From contig JAEZNO010000025.1 of NCBI GenBank assembly GCA_023441805.1, positions 13,284 to 77,283 of the forward strand: 64,000 nucleotides of DNA. The letters run 5' to 3'. Positions 20,234 to 30,276 of this stretch are shown in pieces. The notes under the pieces are model-generated. The model did no database searches. It was not told where the DNA came from and saw only the letters and a program-made list of their open reading frames with translations. Made by a program: the position numbers and the translations under genes. This stretch comes from Bacteroidota bacterium (GTDB lineage Bacteria; Bacteroidota; Bacteroidia; Bacteroidales; Lentimicrobiaceae). Numbering within the stretch: the first letter of the stretch is position 1; each line of letters begins with the position of its first letter.

Positions 20234-21558
20234 TATAATTTAGTATTAACTCCAATGCAGAAGTAGTCAAATCCAAGGCGTTGCAGTTCTTTTCTGTCGT
20301 AGATATTACGGCCGTCAAAAATCACCGGCTTCTTAATCAAGCGTTTGACAACAGCCCAATTCGGGAACCGGAAATCAGTCCATTCGGTTACAAGCATAAT
20401 AGCATCAGCATCCATGGCAGCCTCATATGCATCCTTGCATAAAACTATTTTATCACCGATTCGACGTTTCGTTTCATTCATGGCTACCGGATCGTAGCCT
20501 TTAATGCGACATCCGTGTTCTAACAATTTTTCAATTAACACCAATGATGGTGCTTCACGCATATCGTCGGTTTGAGGTTTGAATGAAAGTCCCCATAAGG
20601 CAATGGTTAATCCGTTTACATTACCATTATAGTATTTCATCAGCTTATTAAAAAGAATTGATTTCTGGTCATCATTCACTTCCTCAACAGCCTTAAGAAC
20701 CCTCATATTATAGCCTATTTTGTTGGCTGTATGAATCAAAGCTTTAACATCTTTCGGAAAACATGATCCTCCATAACCAATACCGGGATAAATAAACTTG
20801 TTGCCGATTCGTGTATCACTGCCGATGCCTTTTCTAACCATATTGACATCTGCACCAACGATTTCGCATAGATTCGCAATATCGTTCATGAAGCTGATTT
20901 TGGTCGCCAACATGGCATTAGCTGCATATTTAGTCATCTCAGCTGATGCAACATCCATAAAGATAACCGGGTGGCCGTTGAGCGTGAAGGGCTTATAAAG
21001 TCTCGACATGATCTCTTCGGCTTCTTTTGATTCAACACCTACTACTATTCGGTCAGGTTTCATGAAATCGTTAATAGCATCACCTTCCTTTAGAAATTCA
21101 GGATTGGATGCAACATCAAATGTAATATTGAGCGATCTGCTATTGAGCTCATTCTGTACTGTTTGCCGTACTTTATGAGCTGTACCGACCGGTACAGTAC
21201 TTTTAGTGACTAATAGCAGGTGTTTGTTCATATTCTGTCCTACAGTCTTTGCCACATCCAATACATACTTCAAATCGGCACTGCCATCTTCATCCGGAGG
21301 GGTTCCTACCGCTATGAAAATTACATCGGAATCATTCACACAGGAGGCCAAATCAGTGGTAAACATAAGTCTTTCTTTTTCGATATTTCTTGCGATCATA
21401 TCGTCAAGACCAGGCTCATAAATGGGTGATATTCCTTTCTTTAAGTTTTCAATTTTAACACTGTCTATATCAACGCAAACAACGTTGATTCCCACTTCGG
21501 CAAAACATGTACCTGTGACAAGACCAACATAACCGGTACCAACAATAGTAATTTTCAT
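20233..21558 (-). CDS. ugd: UDP-glucose 6-dehydrogenase
   Basis: GTGYVG, KSTVPVG, NPEFLKEG, GYGGSCFPKD, FDGRN. Confidence 0.95.
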   Translation of the reverse strand: MKITIVGTGYVGLVTGTCFAEVGINVVCVDIDSVKIENLKKGISPIYEPGLDDMIARNIEKERLMFTTDLASCVNDSDVIFIAVGTPPDEDGSADLKYVLDVAKTVGQNMNKHLLLVTKSTVPVGTAHKVRQTVQNELNSRSLNITFDVASNPEFLKEGDAINDFMKPDRIVVGVESKEAEEIMSRLYKPFTLNGHPVIFMDVASAEMTKYAANAMLATKISFMNDIANLCEIVGADVNMVRKGIGSDTRIGNKFIYPGIGYGGSCFPKDVKALIHTANKIGYNMRVLKAVEEVNDDQKSILFNKLMKYYNGNVNGLTIALWGLSFKPQTDDMREAPSLVLIEKLLEHGCRIKGYDPVAMNETKRRIGDKIVLCKDAYEAAMDADAIMLVTEWTDFRFPNWAVVKRLIKKPVIFDGRNIYDRKELQRLGFDYFCIGVNTKL

Positions 21559-21714
21559 ATAGTTTTTCTAATACTTTTTATGTTAACACAGCAAATATAT
21601 CAACAACAAACGAAGTAGAGAATCTTTAAGTATAAAATTTTAGAAAATCAGTCTGATGAATTTTTGTCTTTTGACTACAGTAGGTGAGAAGGAATGATAA
21701 TATATTATGTAAGA

Positions 21715-21844
21715 ATGATATTAAAGTGGTCACAACCTCGACACAATCTACTCAACACAACTTAAAATTAATTTCGAAGTTGTTACCAGATTGTTATTAG
21801 GCTGTATAGAGATTGTCTTGAGGTTGTGACCATTTTAATATCAT
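21715..21844. repeat. 130-bp intergenic element with 35-bp imperfect terminal inverted repeats and internal 11-bp phased motifs
   Basis: Left arm 21715-21749 ATGATATTAAAGTGGTCACAACCTCGACACAATCT; right arm 21810-21844 AGATTGTCTTGAGGTTGTGACCATTTTAATATCAT; 32 of 35 positions complementary. Confidence 0.85.
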
Positions 21845-22016
21845 AGCATCCTCATTTTATTATACTAAGAATAAAAAAGATGCTTTCCCATTTAGACAGC
21901 CATTTAATATCATTTTTGAACCAGGTCAGGACAAAATTTTAACTCTAAATCTACTTTGTCCCTATATTTTTCTACTCCATCGATATGGATCTTAGTTATG
22001 AGATTTGCTAAAAAAA

Positions 22017-22032
22017 TTAAACAAATGTTTAA
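22017..22032. promoter_or_regulatory. Candidate TetR operator 1
   Basis: Palindrome TTAAACA-AA-TGTTTAA upstream of tetR and of its TATATTTG -7 box. Confidence 0.65.
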
Positions 22033-22090
22033 AAAACTTGTTTTAACCATATCGATTATATTATATTTGCAGAACAAACTTTTAAGTAAG

Positions 22091-22699
22091 ATGTCAACGA
22101 AAAAACGAAAGGTTGATCTTTCAACAGAGGAGAAAATAAAAGAAGCAGCACGGAAGGTTTTTTCCAGTAAAGGTTATGCAGCGACGCGTACTCGTGATAT
22201 AGCTGAAGAAGCAGGAATAAATTTAGCCCTGGTGAATTATTATTTTAGAAGTAAGGATAAGCTTTTTAATGAGATAATGCATGAAAAGGTATATCAGCTA
22301 TTTGGAACTATCATACCGGTATTGGTGAATCCCTCACTTTCACTTGATACTAAAATAAGTGTAGTTGCAGATAGTTATATTGATTTGCTGATTGAGAATC
22401 CTGATCTTCCTTTAATGGTACTCAGTGAGTTAAAGCATAATCCCGATGGTTTTGGGTTGAAAGTTCAACTAAGCCCACTGGATAAGAATTCAAGTCTCGT
22501 TAAGCAAATTCATGAGCGAAATCCAAATATCAATCCTATGCAATTGATACTTTCAATGCTTGGAATGATTATTTTTCCTTTCGTAGCAAGACCTGTTTTC
22601 ACAACTCTTAGTGGCATGACCAAAGAAGAATATTCAGCTCTGATGAAGGAACGTAAGGAGTATATTAATAAGTGGGTTAATGCCCTGTTAGACTCCTGA
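22091..22699 (+). CDS. TetR/AcrR family transcriptional regulator
   Basis: HTH KGYAATRTRDIAEEAGINLALVNYYFRSK. Start at ATG 22091, downstream of the promoter box. Confidence 0.93.
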   Translation: MSTKKRKVDLSTEEKIKEAARKVFSSKGYAATRTRDIAEEAGINLALVNYYFRSKDKLFNEIMHEKVYQLFGTIIPVLVNPSLSLDTKISVVADSYIDLLIENPDLPLMVLSELKHNPDGFGLKVQLSPLDKNSSLVKQIHERNPNINPMQLILSMLGMIIFPFVARPVFTTLSGMTKEEYSALMKERKEYINKWVNALLDS

Positions 22700-22716
22700 T
22701 TTTATTTATCAGATGA

Positions 22717-22732
22717 TTAAACAAATGATTAA
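22717..22732. promoter_or_regulatory. Candidate TetR operator 2
   Basis: TTAAACAAATGATTAA, one mismatch to operator 1, between tetR and the TolC gene. Confidence 0.6.
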
Positions 22733-22754
22733 ATCAAAATAATCATAACACAAA

Positions 22755-24119
22755 ATGAAAAACTTTCCACGAAGTATATTAGTCGTTATAGTAAGTTCCC
22801 CCTTGTTCTTATCAACTGTTTCAGCAATATCCTCAACTTCCATTTATAAATTGGAGCCTGAATCAGCTGTTCCTAAACAAGATATTGTAGCCACTTCGTC
22901 AAATGATAGCAATAATGTCATAGCTCTGACACTTAATGAATGTCAGGAACTTGCCATGCGAAACTACCCGTTGGTGAAAAGCCTCGACCTGATAAAACAG
23001 AGTGGAGAATATTCAGTTTCGAATGCTAAATCAGGGTTTTTACCAACTCTATCAATAAATGGACAGTTTACTTACCAATCGGATGTTACCCGATTACCAA
23101 TCGATCTTCCAAATATCTCTATTCCTGAAATTAATAAGGATCAATATAAAGTTTATGGTGAACTCAATCAGATTCTATTTGACGGTGGTATAAATCGCAA
23201 CATTGTTAATGCTTCCAGAGCACAAGCTACGATTGAGGAGAAGTCACTTGAGACTGAATTGTATAAGATAAAAGAACAGGTTAATGAGATATACTTTGGA
23301 ATCTTATCACTTGAAAGCCAAATTAAACAGGTTGAACTTCTAAGGAAAGATATCAGGGCCGGGTTAGAGAAAATTGAAGCTGCATTTGCTAATGGAACAG
23401 CTTTGAAAAGTGATGTAGATGTCATTAAAGCTGAAGAACTGAAAATTGGACAGCGCACTATCGAGCTAGAAGCTGCCCGCAAAGCCTATCTTCAAATGCT
23501 TTCAGTTTTTATCAATAGAGAATTTGATGAAAGAGCACAGTTAGAGGTTCCACCACAATTGATCATCAAGGATCAGATAATAAGACCAGAATTAGATTTG
23601 TATGAAGCAAGAATGCGAAGTTTGGATGTACAATTATCTTCATTAAAGGCAAAGAACCTGCCACGTCTCAATGCATTCGTTCAGGGAGGATATGGTTCAC
23701 CAGGATTGAACATGCTTGATCCGGATGGCGACACATGGTACATTGCAGGACTAAGATTCGCTTATCCGCTAAACGGTCTTTATACTTTAAAAAGGGAAAA
23801 GCTGATTAACGATATCGCTAAACAGAACATTTCTATGCAACGGGAAACTTTCATTTTTAATACGACTCTGCAAACACAAAGGCAACTTATTGAAATAGAG
23901 AAATTTAGTGATCTCTTAAAGACTGATGACCAGTTGGTTGAATTACGTGAAAGTGTGAAGCAAGCCTCATTTGCCAAACTCGAAAACGGAGTGATAACCG
24001 GTTCAGATTATATAAGAGACATCATAGCATACGATCAGGCAGTCCAAACGAAACTACTTCACGAAATACAGTATTTACAGGCTCAATATAATCATCAATT
24101 AATTATCGGAAACAGATAA
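22755..24119 (+). CDS. TolC family outer membrane efflux protein
   Basis: Signal-like N-terminus, LTLNECQELAMRNYP, coiled-coil repeats, operon context. Confidence 0.88.
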   Translation: MKNFPRSILVVIVSSPLFLSTVSAISSTSIYKLEPESAVPKQDIVATSSNDSNNVIALTLNECQELAMRNYPLVKSLDLIKQSGEYSVSNAKSGFLPTLSINGQFTYQSDVTRLPIDLPNISIPEINKDQYKVYGELNQILFDGGINRNIVNASRAQATIEEKSLETELYKIKEQVNEIYFGILSLESQIKQVELLRKDIRAGLEKIEAAFANGTALKSDVDVIKAEELKIGQRTIELEAARKAYLQMLSVFINREFDERAQLEVPPQLIIKDQIIRPELDLYEARMRSLDVQLSSLKAKNLPRLNAFVQGGYGSPGLNMLDPDGDTWYIAGLRFAYPLNGLYTLKREKLINDIAKQNISMQRETFIFNTTLQTQRQLIEIEKFSDLLKTDDQLVELRESVKQASFAKLENGVITGSDYIRDIIAYDQAVQTKLLHEIQYLQAQYNHQLIIGNR

Positions 24120-24134
24120 TATAACAGCACTAAA

Positions 24135-25037
24135 ATGAAACAAACCGCAATAATATTCCTGCTGACTCTCAGTATAATTTCGTGCAGGAACAATAAAAAT
24201 GAGTACGATGCTTCAGGATCTTTCGAAGCACAGGAAATAATCATCTCAGCTGAATCTACCGGAGTAATAAGGCAATTTGAGATTGAGGAGGGTCAGGAAC
24301 TGACGAAGGGTCAGGTTATCGGATATATCGATACCACTCAATTGAGGCTGAAGAAAAAGCAGCTTGAGTCACAAATAAGTGCTATACTCAGTCGAAATCC
24401 ACAGGCGAAAGTACAGATTGCTGCACTTGAACTGCAATTGAAACAGGCCAATAGAGAACTGTCAAGAGTAGAGAATCTGAACAAAGCAGGTGCCGCAACC
24501 CAAAAGCAACTGGATGATGCTTCCTCTCAGGTTACAATACTAGAAAGTCAGCTGGAAGCTTTAAAGTCGTCACTATCAGTAACCATATCAAGTCTGAGTG
24601 CAGAAACAACTCCGGTAAAGATGCAGATTGCCCAATTGGAAGATCAAATTGCAAAGAGCCGTTTGACCAGTCCGGTAAGCGGTACTGTCTTACTCAAATA
24701 TGCTAATGAAAACGAAATGGCAGTTGCCGGAAAGCCGTTATATAAGATAGCTGATGTTTCTTCGCTAATTCTAAGGGTCTATATAACAGGCGATCAGCTT
24801 CCGTTAATTAAACTTAACCAGCAGGTTAAGGTGATGGTTGACAATGGATCTAAAACCTACAAGGAATATTCGGGTGTAATAGAGTGGATAAGCTCAAAAT
24901 CAGAGTTCACCCCGAAAACTATCCAGACTAAAGATGAGAGAGCTAATCTGGTTTACGCAGTTAAAATAAGAGTGCCAAACGATGGTTACCTGAAGATAGG
25001 TATGTACGGTGAAGTAAAATTTAGTGATCAAAAGTAA
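24135..25037 (+). CDS. HlyD-family membrane fusion lipoprotein (YbhG-like)
   Basis: Lipobox IISC, ASGSFEA, SEFTPKTIQTKDER, LKIGMYGEV. Confidence 0.9.
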   Translation: MKQTAIIFLLTLSIISCRNNKNEYDASGSFEAQEIIISAESTGVIRQFEIEEGQELTKGQVIGYIDTTQLRLKKKQLESQISAILSRNPQAKVQIAALELQLKQANRELSRVENLNKAGAATQKQLDDASSQVTILESQLEALKSSLSVTISSLSAETTPVKMQIAQLEDQIAKSRLTSPVSGTVLLKYANENEMAVAGKPLYKIADVSSLILRVYITGDQLPLIKLNQQVKVMVDNGSKTYKEYSGVIEWISSKSEFTPKTIQTKDERANLVYAVKIRVPNDGYLKIGMYGEVKFSDQK

Positions 25038-25040
25038 ACG

Positions 25041-25955
25041 ATGAATGCAATAGAAGTAAATGGAATAAGCAAGGTTTACGGCAAGGAGAAATTTGTGGCT
25101 GTCAACAATGTCTCATTTTCTGTTGAGAAGGGAGAGATCTTTGGCTTGATTGGTCCTGATGGAGCAGGTAAATCAAGCATTTTCAGGATACTGACCACTT
25201 TGCTACTACCTGATAGGGGAAATGCCAGGGTGGATGGCATGGATGTGGTGAAAGATTATAAGGCTATACGACAAGTGGTAGGGTATATGCCCGGTAAATT
25301 CTCATTGTACCAGGACCTGACTGTAGAAGAGAATCTTAATTTCTTTGCTACTATTTTCAATACCTCTATTGAAGAGAACTATTATCTTATTAAAGACATT
25401 TACAAGATGTTAGAGCCCTTTAAAGACAGAAGGGCAGGGAAACTCTCGGGAGGAATGAAACAGAAGCTGGCACTTTCTTGTGCGTTGATTCACAAGCCTG
25501 TAGTTCTCTTTCTTGATGAACCTACTACAGGTGTTGATCCTGTATCACGAAAAGAATTTTGGGAAATGCTCAGGAAACTTAAGACTGAAGGTATAACTAT
25601 CATGGTATCAACTGCTTATATGGATGAAGCTTCACAATGTGACCGTCTGGCACTTGTACAACAAGGTAAGATATTAGCCATCAATACCCCTGATGGATTT
25701 ATCCGTTCCTTCGATGACTGCCTCTACCGATTGAGGTCAAAAAGCACTGTGAGATTATTAAATGATGTGAAACAATTTTCTAATTCTCTATATGCTTACC
25801 CTTATGGTGAAGATCTCCATATTACATTCAAACCCAATGAAGTAGAAGTCAGTAAACTAAAAGAATCTCTGACTGCCGGGGGGCATGAGGAGGTAATGAT
25901 TCAATTGGAACAACCATCTGTTGAAGACTGCTTCATTCACCTGTTACGATCTTGA
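25041..25955 (+). CDS. ABC transporter ATP-binding protein (like the YbhF N-terminal half)
   Basis: GPDGAGKS, LSGGMKQ, LDEPTTG. Confidence 0.92.
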   Translation: MNAIEVNGISKVYGKEKFVAVNNVSFSVEKGEIFGLIGPDGAGKSSIFRILTTLLLPDRGNARVDGMDVVKDYKAIRQVVGYMPGKFSLYQDLTVEENLNFFATIFNTSIEENYYLIKDIYKMLEPFKDRRAGKLSGGMKQKLALSCALIHKPVVLFLDEPTTGVDPVSRKEFWEMLRKLKTEGITIMVSTAYMDEASQCDRLALVQQGKILAINTPDGFIRSFDDCLYRLRSKSTVRLLNDVKQFSNSLYAYPYGEDLHITFKPNEVEVSKLKESLTAGGHEEVMIQLEQPSVEDCFIHLLRS

Positions 25956-25988
25956 AAAATAAAAGACTTAGAAAATAAGAGCCTGCTA

Positions 25989-26732
25989 ATGAAGAATGAA
26001 TATGTAATAGAAGTTGAGGGCCTGACAAAGAAATTCGGGACTTTCACAGCAGTTGATAACATAAGTTTCAATGTGTCAAAAGGTGAGATTTTTGGTTTTT
26101 TGGGAGCCAATGGAGCAGGGAAAACCACGGCTATGAGGATGCTGTGTGGTTTATCAGTTCCAACAACCGGTATAGCAAAAGTTGCAGGCTGCGATGTATA
26201 TACCCAAACTGAAGAGATAAAAGCCCGTATTGGATATATGAGTCAGAAATTTTCACTTTATGAGGATCTGACTGTGATAGAAAATATTGATTTTTTTGGA
26301 GGGATTTACAATCTACCTTCATCCACTATCAAGGAAAAGAGTGAGGAGATAGTCAACAGACTTGGTTTGACAAGACAGGCTAAGCAGTTGGTTGGATCAT
26401 TACCTCCGGGATGGAAGCAAAAACTTGCATTCTCGGTAGCTATCCTCCATGAACCGGGTATCGTATTTTTGGATGAGCCCACCGGTGGGGTAGACCCCCT
26501 CACACGAAGGCAATTCTGGGATATGATCTATGAGGCTTCGTCAAAAGGGATAACCATCTTTGTTACCACTCATTATTTGGATGAAGCAGAATATTGCAAC
26601 AGGATTTCAATTATGGTGGATGGACGTATTGATGCATTGGATACTCCCGCAGCTCTGAAAGCTAGATTCAATGCCGACAGTATGGATGAAGTATTTGTTC
26701 AATTAGCCAGAGGCGCAAAAAGAGGTGAATAA
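25989..26732 (+). CDS. ABC transporter ATP-binding protein (like the YbhF C-terminal half)
   Basis: GANGAGKT, degenerate signature LPPGWKQ, LDEPTGG, TTHY. Confidence 0.92.
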   Translation: MKNEYVIEVEGLTKKFGTFTAVDNISFNVSKGEIFGFLGANGAGKTTAMRMLCGLSVPTTGIAKVAGCDVYTQTEEIKARIGYMSQKFSLYEDLTVIENIDFFGGIYNLPSSTIKEKSEEIVNRLGLTRQAKQLVGSLPPGWKQKLAFSVAILHEPGIVFLDEPTGGVDPLTRRQFWDMIYEASSKGITIFVTTHYLDEAEYCNRISIMVDGRIDALDTPAALKARFNADSMDEVFVQLARGAKRGE

Positions 26733-26747
26733 ATCAATATCAGCACT

Positions 26748-27854
26748 ATGAAACAATTCGTGGCTTTCGTAAAAAAGGAATTTGTACATGTATTCAGAGA
26801 TCGAAGGACCTTACTCATCCTTATCGGAATGCCAATGATGCAAATTCTCATCTTCGGGTTTGCCATTTCAGATGAAATCACCAATACGCAATTGGTAGTC
26901 ATTGATAAAGCTAATGATATAGCCTCACACAAACTTATCAGCCAAATTGATGCCAGTAAGTACTTTGATGTTAGTAATGCCCTCATTAACGAGAACGAAA
27001 TTGAGGATGCTTTCCGAAAGGGGCGTTTAAAGGTAGTGATGGTTATTCCACCTAATTTCAATATTGAGTTAAACCATTCAAAAGCGACACAAATACAACT
27101 GATTGCTGATGCTTCTGATCCCAATATGGCTAATTTGATTACAAATTATCTGAATGCAATTATTAAAGAATTCGGAAAGGACCAGAATGATTTAGGCTCA
27201 ATACCATACATGATCTCACCTGAAATTCGGATGCTTTACAATCCTCAATTGAAAAGTGCTCATAATTTCGTGCCGGGTGTTATGGCATTGGTACTTATGC
27301 TGGTTTGTGTAATGATGACTGCAATTACAATAGTTAGAGAAAAGGAAACCGGTACGATGGAAGTATTATTGGTTTCTCCATTCAAACCATCATTAGTGCT
27401 GCTGGCTAAAGCCGTACCTTATCTTGTATTGTCATGGGTAAATGTCACAACTATTGTTTTATTGAGCATTTTTGCCCTTAAGTTACCTGTAAATGGAAGT
27501 CTGTTACTGCTGTTTGCAGAGAGCACTCTTTTTATTGTGACTTGTTTGAGCATCGGCATTTTTATAAGTATTCGTACTAATTCTCAACAGGCAGCGATGC
27601 TGGTTTCGCTTATGGGAATGTTGCTACCAACTGTTTTGTTTAGCGGTTTCATGTTTCCTCTTGAAAACATGCCTCAATTTCTAAGGTTGATTGCGAATGC
27701 AATTCCTGCCCGCTGGTTTTATGTTATAGTAAAGGACATTATGATCAAAGGATTAGGGTTCTCATTTATCTTAAAAGAAACCCTGGCTCTACTTATTATA
27801 ACCTCGTTCTTTTTCATTGTAAGCTTGAAAACCTTTAAACAAAGACTGGCATGA
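26748..27854 (+). CDS. ABC-2 type permease (YbhS-like)
   Basis: KEF..VFRD, YNP, VREKETGTME, FSGFMFP. Confidence 0.9.
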   Translation: MKQFVAFVKKEFVHVFRDRRTLLILIGMPMMQILIFGFAISDEITNTQLVVIDKANDIASHKLISQIDASKYFDVSNALINENEIEDAFRKGRLKVVMVIPPNFNIELNHSKATQIQLIADASDPNMANLITNYLNAIIKEFGKDQNDLGSIPYMISPEIRMLYNPQLKSAHNFVPGVMALVLMLVCVMMTAITIVREKETGTMEVLLVSPFKPSLVLLAKAVPYLVLSWVNVTTIVLLSIFALKLPVNGSLLLLFAESTLFIVTCLSIGIFISIRTNSQQAAMLVSLMGMLLPTVLFSGFMFPLENMPQFLRLIANAIPARWFYVIVKDIMIKGLGFSFILKETLALLIITSFFFIVSLKTFKQRLA

Positions 27855-28969
27855 GAACACTGAAGTATCTCTTAAAGAAGGAATTCAAACAGATATTCAG
27901 GAATAAGGCCATCCTGGCAATGATCATAGCCATGCCGATTATGCAACTATTGATCCTTCCTTTGGCAGCTGATTATGAAATAAAGAATATTAAACTAGTG
28001 GTAGTTGATAACGACCACTCGGGTATGTCGAAAGAAATTGTAAACACTATTATCGCCTCTGGGTATTTCAAGCTTGTGGATTATAATCAGTCATATAAAC
28101 GCTCACTCGATTATATTAAAGCTGATGAGGCCGACCTGATACTTGAAATACCTGTAAACTTTGAAAGAAATCTGATTCGGGAAAACGGGCAAAAGCTCTT
28201 TATTGCAGTAAATGCAATCAATGGAACAAAAGCAAACTTAGGAGGGTCATATCTTACAAGAATCATTGGTGAGTACAATAAAGAATTATTGAATAAAATT
28301 AAAGTCTCTTCCACAAATACACCTATTGGTGAAATAGATGTTAGCGGCATTAATTGGTTCAATCCACGCATGAATTACAGGTCGTTCATGGTGCCGGGAA
28401 TCCTTGCTATACTGGTTACAATGGTGGGAGGGTTTCTGACTGCTCTAAACATTGTAAAGGAAAAGGAAGTTGGAACCATCGAACAAATCAATGTAACACC
28501 CATCCGCAAACATCATTTTATACTTGGCAAACTTCTACCATTCTGGATACTTGGTAATGTGGTTTTTACCCTTGGAATGGCAGTAGCATGGCTGGTTTAC
28601 GGGATAGTTCCTAATGGAAGCCTAATCACCATTTATGTTTTTATTTGGGTATATCTGCTGGCTGTAATGGGATTCGGGTTGCTAATTTCCACTTATAGCG
28701 AAACACAGCAACAAGCCATGTTGGTAATGTTTTTCTTTATGATGGTTTTTATCTTGATGGGCGGACTCTTTACCAGCATTGACAGTATGCCCGGATGGGC
28801 TAAAGTCATTGCACGACTAAATCCGGTAACGTATATCGTTGAAGTATTTCGTATGGTAATTCTTAAAGGCAGCAGCCTGAAAGATATAATGTCTCACATC
28901 ACAGTAATTGCCTCATTTGCTGTTATATTAAATATATGGGCAGTGAAGAATTACAGGAAAACTGTTTGA
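27851..28969 (+). CDS. ABC-2 type permease (YbhR-like)
   Basis: KEFKQIFR, WFNP, VKEKEVGTIEQ, MPGWAK. Confidence 0.9.
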   Translation: MRTLKYLLKKEFKQIFRNKAILAMIIAMPIMQLLILPLAADYEIKNIKLVVVDNDHSGMSKEIVNTIIASGYFKLVDYNQSYKRSLDYIKADEADLILEIPVNFERNLIRENGQKLFIAVNAINGTKANLGGSYLTRIIGEYNKELLNKIKVSSTNTPIGEIDVSGINWFNPRMNYRSFMVPGILAILVTMVGGFLTALNIVKEKEVGTIEQINVTPIRKHHFILGKLLPFWILGNVVFTLGMAVAWLVYGIVPNGSLITIYVFIWVYLLAVMGFGLLISTYSETQQQAMLVMFFFMMVFILMGGLFTSIDSMPGWAKVIARLNPVTYIVEVFRMVILKGSSLKDIMSHITVIASFAVILNIWAVKNYRKTV

Positions 28970-29052
28970 CTGCATAAAAAATAGTAATGAAATTATTTCG
29001 GTCAATTATTTATTTGAGTATAATTTCCCTAATTTAGCCATAGAAATCAAAG

Positions 29053-29087
29053 ATTTGATATTTGATAATTAATATTTGATATTCAAA
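29053..29087. repeat. Degenerate heptamer tandem array (ATTTGAT)x5
   Basis: ATTTGAT ATTTGAT AATTAAT ATTTGAT ATTCAAA. Confidence 0.65.
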
Positions 29088-29304
29088 ATTATAGAGGTTA
29101 TAATGAATGAGAATCGTGAATACTGATTACGCGATATCAAAAATGAATATTGAATAAACAATTTGAATAGATGTCATAAACCTTCCGAAATAGAATAAAT
29201 AACTGTATGAAGTCAGTTATGAACAAATAAGCGAAAAAACTAGAACAAAGATCAATCTCCAAGATTATTTATAAGTGAATGTTTGAATTTTAAACCCTAA
29301 TTAG

Positions 29305-30276
29305 ATGAAATATTTTAACTTTTTAGTAGTGGCCGTAATTGCTGTGATCCTGTTCAGTAGGTGTAGCAACAGAGATGAGCAAGCTGTGCGTAAAGCGGAT
29401 GGTACTGTTAAAGGACGCATTACAATATCAGGAGCTTTTGCTCTCTATCCGATGGCAGTATTATGGGCTGAGGAATTTAAGAAACTCAATCCTGAAGTAC
29501 GAATTGATATCTCTGCAGGAGGTGCCGGAAAAGGAATGACAGATGCGTTATCCGAAATGGTTGACTTGGGTATGTTTTCACGCGAAGTTACTGAAGCTGA
29601 AGTTGCCAAAGGCGCATGGTATATTGCAGTTGCCAAAGATGCGGTAGTAGGTACATATAATCCGGAAAACCCTGTAGCAGATATGATAAATAAGAAAGGA
29701 ATGACAAAGCAAATGCTTATCGACCTTTATCTGTACAATAAGTACCAAAATTGGGGTCAGCTTTATGAAACAGCCAACATTGTAGGTATAAATGTATATA
29801 CACGTTCAGATGCTTGCGGTGCTGCTGAAATGTGGGGTAAATATCTTGGAAGTAATCAGGAATCACTAAAAGGAGTTGGGGTGTTTGGTGATCCCGGAAT
29901 AGCCGATGCTATTAAGAAAGATATGACCGGTATTGGGTATAATAATGTGAATTATGCATATGATATGAGTACCCGTAAGCCATATACCGGAATTGCTGTT
30001 GTACCTCTTGACCTTAATGAAGACGGGGAGATCAGTGATGATGAGCGTTTCTATGATTCACTTGACGAGATTATGGATGCGATTGCTTCAGGTAAGTATC
30101 CTTCACCTCCTGCACGCGACTTATATTTTGTTGCAAAAGGTAAACCTAAAAATATTGCCGTTCTCGCCTTCCTGGAGTGGATTGTAACCGATGGCCAGAA
30201 ATATGTACACAATGCAGGATATGTCAACCTTACCGAGGAGAAAGTCAAGAGTGAACTACAAAAACTTTCAGAGTAA
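29305..30276 (+). CDS. pstS: Phosphate ABC transporter substrate-binding lipoprotein
   Basis: Lipoprotein-type signal (FSRC), ISGAFALYP, GGAGKG, SR, PPARDLY; precedes pstC/A/B. Confidence 0.85.
   Translation: MKYFNFLVVAVIAVILFSRCSNRDEQAVRKADGTVKGRITISGAFALYPMAVLWAEEFKKLNPEVRIDISAGGAGKGMTDALSEMVDLGMFSREVTEAEVAKGAWYIAVAKDAVVGTYNPENPVADMINKKGMTKQMLIDLYLYNKYQNWGQLYETANIVGINVYTRSDACGAAEMWGKYLGSNQESLKGVGVFGDPGIADAIKKDMTGIGYNNVNYAYDMSTRKPYTGIAVVPLDLNEDGEISDDERFYDSLDEIMDAIASGKYPSPPARDLYFVAKGKPKNIAVLAFLEWIVTDGQKYVHNAGYVNLTEEKVKSELQKLSE

Noticed and set aside
21956..22090. N-terminal extension of TetR given by the ORF track
   Set aside because: It runs through the operator and -7 promoter box; the HTH begins just after ATG 22091.
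29053..29087. Pho box upstream of pstS
   Set aside because: Period is 7 bp, not the 11 bp of PhoB boxes, and the unit does not resemble CTGTCAT.
30191..30250. pstC start at 30191 or a pstS-pstC frameshift fusion
   Set aside because: It would overlap pstS by 86 bp; an in-frame GTG at 30251 suffices and no slippery site is evident.
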